DNA from: Eledone cirrhosa
Taxonomy: Eukaryota
NCBI GenBank assembly: GCA_964016885.1
Contig: OZ024740.1
Location: 300,576,001-300,640,000, forward strand
Reading direction: 5' to 3'
Length of the DNA: 64,000 nucleotides
Within the stretch, counting starts at the first letter, position 1, and every line of letters begins with the position of its first letter. Both the position numbers and the translations under genes were made by a program. Shown one piece after another: positions 13,561 through 22,913 of the stretch. Below the pieces are notes generated by a model. It saw only the letters and a list, made by a program, of their open reading frames with translations, did no database searches and had not been told where the DNA came from.

Positions 13561-14540
13561 GGCACCTGGAATGTTGCCAGCCACTCACTGCCCTCTACCA
13601 AGCGGGCAATGCGGTCAGTGGAACTTCCACTCTCGAGTTCTAGAGAGGATTATTGGTGGGCAAGTGCGACGACGCACTCAGAGAGGCTCTGGGTATCAAC
13701 GAAGTCGAACTGACCAGTCTGTACCGGAGGACTTTCGAGCCGGGGACGATGGAAAGTTTCCAAAAATCCCTCGCTCGGCAGTGCTACCGGGGGTCACTGC
13801 CGGTTCGAGATAAACTCTACAGGCACGGAAGTGCTGTCAGACGGACCTGCCCGAGATGCGCGCAGAGCGACGAAACCATTCTGTACGCACTCGTCCAGTG
13901 TCCGTGCATTACTGACTTGTGGAGTTATGTTGAACAGCTGTTGTCACGTGTAGAACGGATCCGGCTATCGGCCGAGTCCATAGTGATGATCGACTCGCCG
14001 CCTTCTTTTGGCCAGGAAGGGCAGGCAATTTTCCTCTGTCTGGTGGCAGTAGCGAAAGAGGTTTTATGGTGGACGAGGTTGAAATGTCTGAAGACAAACA
14101 CTTTTCTCTTCGGCCAATCCCTCATCAAGTTTTTCAATTGGAAAGGAAGGTGAGGGTGGAGGGAGAAGTGCTGCCCCCCAGTATATTTGCTGAAAGGTGG
14201 GTGAATTTGGCGAGAATGGCCCGTGTGAGTGGGCCTATTATGGTCATGCGGCTGTAGCTAGGTAAATTTGAGGAGGAGAGGGGGTGCTCTTCCAGGGTGC
14301 TCTCGAAGCGTCGGGTCGTTCAGGATTGGTGGGGTACCTGAGCGAACCCTGGGTGGTCCCCTATTGGGGAATTTTGTCTTATTATAATTTTATTGTTACT
14401 TTATTGTTACTTTGTTATTGTTATTCATATTGTTTACTCGATGTTTCTGTAAAACCCCACTGTCCCAGTCTTTTGTATTGTCCCCTATATGTCGGCCCTT
14501 GTGGACAATAAATGAAATCATTATTATTATTATTATTATT
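13561..14540 (+). mobile_element. 5'-truncated Tx1 LINE copy (ORF2 C-terminus + 3'UTR + (ATT)n)
   Basis: The translation VGKCDDAL..RGSLPVRDKL..CPRCAQSDETIL aligns with 12390-13080; ends AATAAATGAAATC(ATT)n. Confidence 0.9.
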
Positions 14541-15027
14541 AGGGGGAGCTGGTAGATAAGTTAGACGAGGCTAATTGTAGTGGCATCGGCGAGAATGACA
14601 TTAGATCATTTCTTCAATGCCAAACACGAAGGTTGCATTGTCAGAGCTAAGGCGCGTGCGCTGAGAAACGAGGGAACTAAAGCTGTTTGATGGGCCCACG
14701 TGGCGGAGGCGCAGCGTGGTAATAAAACCACAATTCGGTCTTTGGCGGACCGAGACGGACACGAGATAAGCGATTCCAAGCGGATGTGTGAGGCCTTTCG
14801 CCAGCACTTTGCTCGGTTGTTCGGGGAGAGTGGCGAGTCAGAGAGAGTAGCGGATTTCAGTCCCTACCTTGACGGCTTGCCGCGCATCTCGACGGTCGAC
14901 GCTGAGCGCTGCGAAAGGCCGATTACTTCAGCCGAAATTCAGGACGCCCTTGTCGGCTGCATGAGGCGCAAGTCACCCGGTTTGGATGGCGTGCCCTAGG
15001 AGCTTTACGTAAATATGCCAGAATTAT
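14541..15027 (+). mobile_element. Internal Tx1 ORF2 fragment (EN-RT linker)
   Basis: AKHEGCIVRAKARALR..RKSPGLDG is homologous to 10610-11100. Confidence 0.85.
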
Positions 15028-15571
15028 TCTCCCAATATATTCATCTCTGCTAAGATGCGGGTCCCTGTAAAAATGTTCTCGCGCCACTCCTGGCTTGACT
15101 GTGGTCTGACATTAATATCGACCTTTCTTCCTCTTTCTTTCTATCTTCCTTCTTGTAGCCATCAACAGTTACTTTTCTACTTCTCTCTTCCCTTCCTTCT
15201 CTCTCCCCTCCTCCTGTCTTCCTCCCGCAGACTTATCTTCCTTCCCCCTCTTGCTTGCCTATATCTGACCAGTAGTAGTTGGCTTCCTCTTTTAGCTGAC
15301 ATTAACCCTGATTCTCTACTTCTTTCTTCCCCCTTCTTCTCTCTCCTTCCTTTCTTTCTTTCTTTTACCTTGTGTCATGGGATCGACGTTATCTTATTCT
15401 CCCATCCCTTTCTGTTTTCGTTCATCTGACCGGTAGTAGCATACTATAAAATTTAGCCACGTCACTCCAGGGCGACCGGCTGAGATTGAAGGAACAGAAT
15501 AGCGGTCGCCCTCGGGTCTCGATTTTCAGCCCCATGGATTTTACCTATTACATTCACGTATTATATTTCGA

Positions 15572-15629
15572 ATACCTGATGATATCACCGGATTCATACG
15601 GAACCCGGTCATTGAAATGATCATAGTAT
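15572..15629 (+). ncRNA. Minimal type-I hammerhead ribozyme motif
   Basis: ATAC-CTGATGA-[stem II ACCGG..CCGGT]-GAAA-TGATCA-TA-GTAT. Stem III is the palindrome ATGATCAT; AATAAA follows immediately. Confidence 0.75.
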
Positions 15630-15846
15630 AATAAACTTTTCAAGGATTTACACAAATCCAGCTTCCTGTCATTTCATTATAATATTTAACTCCGTAATAG
15701 CACCACCAACTACAAAAACAAAGACGGTTGAACTGCTTTACGTTGAGTACTCTCTATATTATTGCATTACGATTGACCATACGGAATAGACCAGCTCTAT
15801 ACAGTGGTGAACCTCAAACCTGAATATATATATATATATATATATA

Positions 15847-16520
15847 CAGGTTACAAGCAGAAAATTAAGTATATACCCAATCGAATGAATAACGATGCCG
15901 CTGACAGTCGCACATCGGAAACAACCAACGGCGGAGTCAACACAACTAGGACTACAAAACTCATCCCTGAAACAACGCTACAGCATAATCCTGGAGGAAC
16001 TGCTAACTCTATCTTATTAAGAAAGGATCGGACATCTCCTACAATGGAAAACGTGAAAGAAGGCACGGTGGAGCTGCGACTGACATGTGTGTGCCCAGGA
16101 GTTTGCGTGGAAAGTACGAACCGCTTCCCTCGCTGCGAACGGGGACCACATAATTCGGGGTGCTCCGATCGGCATAACCAACCCAAGGGCCAACGAGGAA
16201 CTGGAGTGCATGGCCCTTCCAGACGTCCACAGCAACTGCGTAACGCATACTCAGTCGGAACGGGTGCGGGGACTGGTGACTACAATAGGAAGCGAACCCG
16301 TTCCCGAAATGTTGTTTGGTTCAAATCCACCTTCTTCTGCGCCGGTTTGCGTAGCAACTTGGAGGTCTCTTTCTTCGGGGCTTTGGATAAACACTTCTCT
16401 AAGCTGCACCTGTACCACGTCACTTTCAACAGGCACTCAATTAAATTGTCCTACTCCACAACTAGATACGTAGCAGAAAATCTAGACCAGCTGGAAGCTT
16501 CCTTAGACTGTACGGACTAA
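15847..16520 (+). mobile_element. Naiad-like PLE fragment (post-RT linker region)
   Basis: GYKQKIKY...RKRTRSRNVVWF(NPP after a frameshift)...LDKHF..HLYHVTFNRHSIKLSYST matches the motif order in the element at 63550-63950. Confidence 0.7.
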
Positions 16521-16744
16521 CAACATAGTCGTACTGTTTGAGGACCAGTGCAACGCTCGATGATGGAAGACAGACGTGACCACACAACTGCCCCAGAGTC
16601 AGGAGAACCCTGAATAGCTTGTATGCACACCTGGAGTCTCTGAGTATCAATGTTTCATATCTTTTGTTCCTTATTCTTTGTATGTATACCTACTGTTGTT
16701 TTTATGTATATTTGTCCCGATTATTATTTTGTTCTTTATATGTG

Positions 16745-17140
16745 CATTTATATCTATATATTTTCTGTCCCTACTGTTGCTTCCCGCACCTCACTTACAT
16801 AGTCTAGCAGCCCTTTTGATAGTTTTGATGCCATCGTAGTTACAACTGACTGCTATTGTAGTTAGTTGTAACTACAATGGCATCAATACTTTCAATTTCT
16901 GCACTGAAATTATTGCTATCCTTGTGCCTTAGGGTGGAAGAGAGGACTGTATTAAATGTGTGTGAATTTATATCTATCCGTTTTTCTGTCCCTATTTTCG
17001 CTTCCGACAGATCACTTCCGATGTCTAGCAGCCCTTTTTAATGGTATTGATGCCATTGTAGTTACAACTGACTGCTACTGAAGTTAGTTTGTTTTTCTGC
17101 ACTATATTTATTACTGGCCTGTGTCTTAGGATCGGGCGAG
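16745..17140. repeat. Two diverged ~225-bp direct repeats; the first contains an 80-nt hairpin (16816-16895)
   Basis: GTCTAGCAGCCCTTTT..TTGATGCCAT.GTAGTTACAACTGACTGCTA occurs at ~16802 and ~17023. Confidence 0.85.
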
Positions 17141-18104
17141 ACCCTTTTGTCACCGTGGTGGGCTCGTCACTGGTGTTGTGTTATTGTTGTTGGTCTTACC
17201 GCTGTCTGGCTCTCGAGTAATGGGTACTCACTGCCATCAACTTCATAATAGTATCAATGATACCACCATTACTACGACGACCGGAGTAGGTAATGTGTGA
17301 TGTAATGCTTGTTGCCGTTACTATTGTTGTGTTGCTATGGTCTTGGTGATAAATGCCATTAAATATGTGCACCAACCTACCTCAGAGTTCCGTTTATTGC
17401 TGTGGCAGTTGTTATCGTTGTTATAGTCGGCAGGGTTGTAACGTCACTACGCCTGCGACCGCCTATGTACGCGATGTTGGTCTGTATTTTTGCTGCAGTA
17501 GTCGTTGTTGTTGTTGCTGTTGTTGTTGTAGCTGTTTACTGTAGCTGTTAGCATTGTTGTTGTTGTTAGACGCGAAGTAATATCACTACGACAGCTATTG
17601 CCAGTGTTGACGACTTTTGGTCGATGTGTTGCTGTTGTTGTTGTTGTTGTTGTTGCTGTTGTTGTAGCTGTTGTCTTAATGTGGATGCAACAAACTATAT
17701 ACCCCACCCTCCCTATACTGGGTTTTAGCTAAACATTTTTTTCGTTTTTTCGTTTGATACAGACCAGCATACTTGAGAGATTAGCTCTTTGTTAATTTAC
17801 GACATCAACACAGTGGGGGATGCGTGAATCCTTTTTTCAATAATTGACACGTTGATAGCACTTTACTCCAGCAAACACGACGGCTTTCAGGATATAGTCG
17901 TAATGATTAAACGATTTATGTAACCACAGGATCTTATTTTGTTATATATATATATATATTTATTTATACGTATATAAAATATATACGTACGGTGGTAAAA
18001 AAAAAGGTGATTATGTCCGTAGTTGGAAGACGGCATAGAGTTATTTCCATAGTTTGTTGTGGACCTATATTTATATTTATATTTATATTCGTACATATAT
18101 ATAC

Positions 18105-18422
18105 ATACGATATTAATAAATGGAAACTATATTTATAAAACCATATTTATTTCATTATACATATTTCAGGGATACCAAATTAAATTATGGTATACAAAAT
18201 ACAATATATAACAGTTTTACAAATAAGCTTTGAGGTACCCTTTTAAAATGCAACCATTATTTTTGGAAGCCATCTGGATAGTAAATTGTTTATATTATTT
18301 TAATAAGTCTTAGTGTTAAGGACAATTAGAAAAAGACGGAGAGAAAGAAAAAAAGACGTATAATATGTATAATGAAATAAATATGGTTTTATAAATATAG
18401 TTTCCATTTATTAATATCGTAT
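18105..18422. repeat. Perfect 61-bp inverted repeat (18105-18165 / 18362-18422), probably the end of a small PLE-like family
   Basis: The arms are exact reverse complements; a homologous sequence lies at ~29760-29825. Confidence 0.85.
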
Positions 18423-18510
18423 ATCTACTCCAAATACTTGTCGAGTGCTTTATATCAGTTATAAAAATATTTACTTGTTGTATCCCAACAATTTTAAATA
18501 GAACTTTTGC

Positions 18511-18656
<146 letters not shown>

Positions 18657-20276
18657 ATATATATATATGTATATATATATATTAGAGGAATACACTTAAC
18701 AATACTATGATTATGTGTAACATATGTTCAAATATATATAAATGTGTGTCTAGATAACCTTGGATGTGTTGATTGTTGGTTTTATAGGATAGTTGCTTAA
18801 AGACCAGACCTGATATTGCATTTGTATAGAACTGTAATAAATTACAATTCTTGTACTAAGTGTCCGTTAGGCCTTGATATTAGACACCGTAATAGTATCT
18901 CAAAATCCTCATCAGTAGTTGAATTTAACAACACCTTTTATATTCATTTGTCTATCACCTCAATAAAAATTTGAGTAAATATTTCTAAACAAATTCATAA
19001 GTAAACTTTCCCTAACCAGATTTATATACTACATGTAGAATATTTTTCAGCTATTATTCTTATGTACTTTCTTTTAATTCTGTTTTCTTTCACATCGTCA
19101 ATTCATTGAAATTAGGGAGTCTCTGGAGCAGTTTGTTTAGTATGTTTCTGTAGACGTTGGTATTAGCCTCATGAAATATCGTATCCTTGAGTCGTCTGTG
19201 TTTTGTACTTCTGTATTTCCGTGTTTTTCAGTAAATATAAGGGGCGATGAAAACATTCGATGATGCGATGTCTTGTGTCTGTGTTTGTCATATTTTCATT
19301 GAGTATGTTTTGTATTGTTATTATCATTTGCATTTAAAGTATTTTCCAGGGAACTTGTTTCGGGGAAATATAAAAAGAATGTATTGTTTTAAATCTGAAA
19401 TCGATGAAGCTACTGGAAATAAAGCTGCAATACATTCTTAGTGTACATTATATAATGGTTTTATACTTATTCCAGTCGAATATGACTGTGGTATTGATTT
19501 GCTTGAATGATAATTCCAATTTTATTTCCTTATATATGCGGTTCAGCAATCCATAGCAATTTTCAAAACGAATGACGGAAGAGATTGTTATAAAACAAAA
19601 TAATTATATTATCAGACAGTTATAATTTTATCAAAAAAATGCGATCAAAGCCTCTTAGCTGTTATAGATCATCATATATTTTTATATCTTTGTTAAATGT
19701 AGGAATTACTGCGTATCAAAATCACATAATCTAACGATGAACGAAGGGAGATTTAAATGCCCATACTTTTTCCTTTGTTTATATAATCGTTAACAAACCA
19801 AGCTGATGCGATAAGTAAATGTTTGGGAAGATTGTTATGTGATATATTTCTGTGTGCTGAAAAAAAAAAAATACTAAAATAAATATTTACGAAAATCACC
19901 AACACCGTTAATGATGATTGACATGTCAGAATAAAGGAAACGAAAAGTAATGGAAGACTGACATTACAAAGAAACGAAGAAAAAAAAATATAATGAATTC
20001 GTGGAGCGATAATTTCATCGAACGCCGGCAACATTTACTAATATATATAAATGGAAAACGGCAAGTTAACTGACACCTGGTTTCATTGCGCAAGCTCACA
20101 GAATAAATCCCTTAATATATCAGATATATTTGTATGTATCTATGTACGTATGTACGTATGTATGTATTTATGTATCTGCGTATGTATGTATGTATGTATG
20201 TAAGCTGTATGTATGCATGCTTGTAAGTATGTATGTATGTATGTATGTACGTACGTATGTACATACATACATACAA

Positions 20277-20682
20277 GAGATGACCCCTTAGCCTTTGTCA
20301 AGGCAGAATTCTAGGAGAAGGAAAACTCTGATATAACACCTGCAACTTTGATGGTATCCAATGATGTTGACTTGTTCTTCTTTTTGGTAAATATCATCTT
20401 GTTTAAGAGAGTGGGACTGGCTTTGTGCAGTGCCTTTGATCACTCTATAAGCTTCACGGCACAGGCATTGCTTTATATCTGGAGATCTCTCTGCACTTGT
20501 GGTCACATGGTACCATGGGCCCAGCACAATGTGTCAATAATTGTCACAAGTGTAGTGTTTGTACCAGAATTTTCAAGTCGCTGGCTGGACTAAAAAGTCA
20601 CACTTGTTTAGCGCATCGGTAAGGGTTCTCCTACATGGATATAAAGTATTGACCGTACTCGAAAACGAGTTGGCAGCCACCA
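20277..20682 (+). mobile_element. Non-autonomous bipartite RTE derivative (5'UTR joined to 3' terminus)
   Basis: The 5' part aligns with 22045-22260 (CTAGGAGAAGG..GAGAGTGGGA.TGGCT..GCACAGGCATTGC). The end TACTCGAAAACGAGTTGGCAGCCA matches TACTCGATAACGAGGGGGCAGCCA at 26318-26341. Confidence 0.85.
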
Positions 20683-22319
20683 TGTATGTATGTATGCATG
20701 TAAGTAAATGTATGTATCTATGTTTGTATATATGTATGTACGAATGTAGTCATGCATCTATGTATGTAGGTATGCATGTATGTATATATTCATGTATATA
20801 TGTATGAGGGAGCTTATAGATAGGACAACACAAGCTGTCTTTTCGTGGGGTAAATTTTTAATTAATTTTGGTATTCTGAAACATCAAAATACAACAATTT
20901 TTTGGTCACTGGACTCGGGAATGTCACGACTGAAGTTTGTGGAAGTTACACAAATATTTTAGTATATTTTAGCAGAGCAATCCTTATTTATATTTTACAT
21001 TTACTTACATCTCAATATAACATGGCTAGAATTCAAATTTTGCTAAGAGAAGAAAACGGTCAAATGAACTAGATACATCTCACTGTCCCCACCACCACAA
21101 TAACGTCTACACCCTCTCCCCACCATCACATGTCATTACCATACCTTACCCTATCGAGACTAAAGTCATCGACCTGTTGTCAAACTCTCTACTCTCTGTT
21201 GAAAGTATATATATATATGTGTGTGTATGTATATGTGTGTATATACATCACTCAGTCAAACAACCAGATTTCAACCCCAACATCTACAACAACAACAACA
21301 CCGGCACTAATGTTTACAGCAACAACAGCTTCAGAATGAACTGAAATGAACATTTACAACAATTACAACAACAACAATAACAACAGCGGCATTAAAACAT
21401 AAAAAAAGGAAGGGAAAAGAAAAAAGAAAAGGGGAAGGGGAAAAAAAAAGAAAGGAAAAAAAAAAGGAAAAAAACAACAACTCAAAATAACAAAACACAC
21501 ACACACACACACACACACAACACAACAACATCAACTGCCACCACCACCACCACCGCCACCGCCGCCGCCATCACCATCACCAGCGACCTGGCCTTAAGAA
21601 CAACTTTAATAATAATTTTTCTGCTTTTGGCACGGATCCAGCGACCGCACAGCGCATCACTGGTACTCACTTTTGTTGACTTCGTGGAGAGCCATAACTC
21701 TATGCTGTAAAGCAATTATAGTAATACCGGACTGTAATACGATCGGCTTCAACTATACAAACTCTTGAAAGTCAACAGTTGACATAATCTTGTAATCTTG
21801 TATCAGTAATGACGGTAATATATATATATATATGTGTGTGTGTGTGCGTGTAAGTGAGTAGAGTAGCGTGTGTGTGTGTTTGTTGAATGTATGAGTGTTG
21901 CTGTGTGCGCGCATATGTATGCGTGTGTGTGTATGTCGTACGTATAAGTGTCAATAAGTGATTTTTTTTTTTTTTTTTTTTTGCGCGGGGACATAGAAAT
22001 AATCGGGCTGGATGCCCGATCGCGCAGTTAAACCACTGGGAGTGAAGAACCCCTAGCCCTTGTCAGGGAATTCTTCTAGGAGAAGGCATCTCAGGAAACT
22101 GGGTTAACTCCGATATAAAACCTGCGGCTCAGTAGTTACCGATGATGTTGATCTTTTCTTCTTTTCGGGTTATAGCTACTGTCGCTCAGAGAGTGGGATT
22201 GGCTCAGTGCACAGTCTTTCCTCACTTTAAAAATATTCGTCACGCACAGGCATTGCACGAGTGCATTAATAATTATTAATAGTGTACTATTATTATTATT
22301 ATTATTATTACTATTATTA

Positions 22320-22350
<31 letters not shown>

Positions 22351-22358
22351 CAAATTCA

Positions 22359-22913
22359 ATGATGTTCCAGAACAATGTAAACGAGATAATTGCCAATTTG
22401 GGTTCTGGAACAAAAAAGATCATTGGCAATAAGGGCAGGGGCCCCAAGTTATCACAACCTGGGCCCGCCCGTCATCGTGCCATTGTAATAGAGCCAAACA
22501 GGGTATTTAGTCTTGGCTGCTGGAACGTACGGACGCTGCTTGACAGGGATTCTTTGGAGCGTCCTGAACGAAGGACCGCTCTTGTTGCAAAGGAGCTTCG
22601 ACGTTACGATCTTGACATCGTGGCTTTATCTGAGACGAGGTTAGCTGGAGATGGTCATCTTACGGAATTTTGTGGAGAATATACATTCTTCTGGAAAGGA
22701 AGAGATGAAGGAACCAGAAGAGAGGCTGGGGTAGGATTTGCTGTTAAGACTGTACTGGTGAATAAATTAGAAGAATTCCCAGTAGGGATTAGTGAGCGTC
22801 TTATGTCCATGAGAGTTCCGCTGGACAAGGGAAGATATGCTACCCTGGTGAGTGTGTATGCTCCAACTATGAATTCTGTCGATAAGAAAAACTGTCCTTT
22901 TACCATGCCTTGA
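22359..22913 (+). CDS. RTE ORF, N-terminal half of the APE endonuclease (before the frameshift at ~22884)
   Basis: GCWNVRTL, RPERRTALVAKEL, DIVALSETR, GVGFAV, SERLM, VYAPT. Confidence 0.9.
   Translation: MMFQNNVNEIIANLGSGTKKIIGNKGRGPKLSQPGPARHRAIVIEPNRVFSLGCWNVRTLLDRDSLERPERRTALVAKELRRYDLDIVALSETRLAGDGHLTEFCGEYTFFWKGRDEGTRREAGVGFAVKTVLVNKLEEFPVGISERLMSMRVPLDKGRYATLVSVYAPTMNSVDKKNCPFTMP

Noticed and set aside
18855-18918. Minus-strand ACTA-CTGATGA-GG...CC-TAAC..TAGT hammerhead-like relic
   Set aside because: GAAA is missing and stem II is poor; at best a dead remnant.
21982-22040. Nested hairpin at the RTE 5' end as a possible HDV-like ribozyme
   Set aside because: The nested double pseudoknot could not be built by eye.
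22881-22892. Programmed -1 frameshift in the RTE ORF
   Set aside because: G AAA AAC is not a canonical X XXY YYZ site and RTEs use a single ORF; a 1-nt deletion or sequencing error is simpler.
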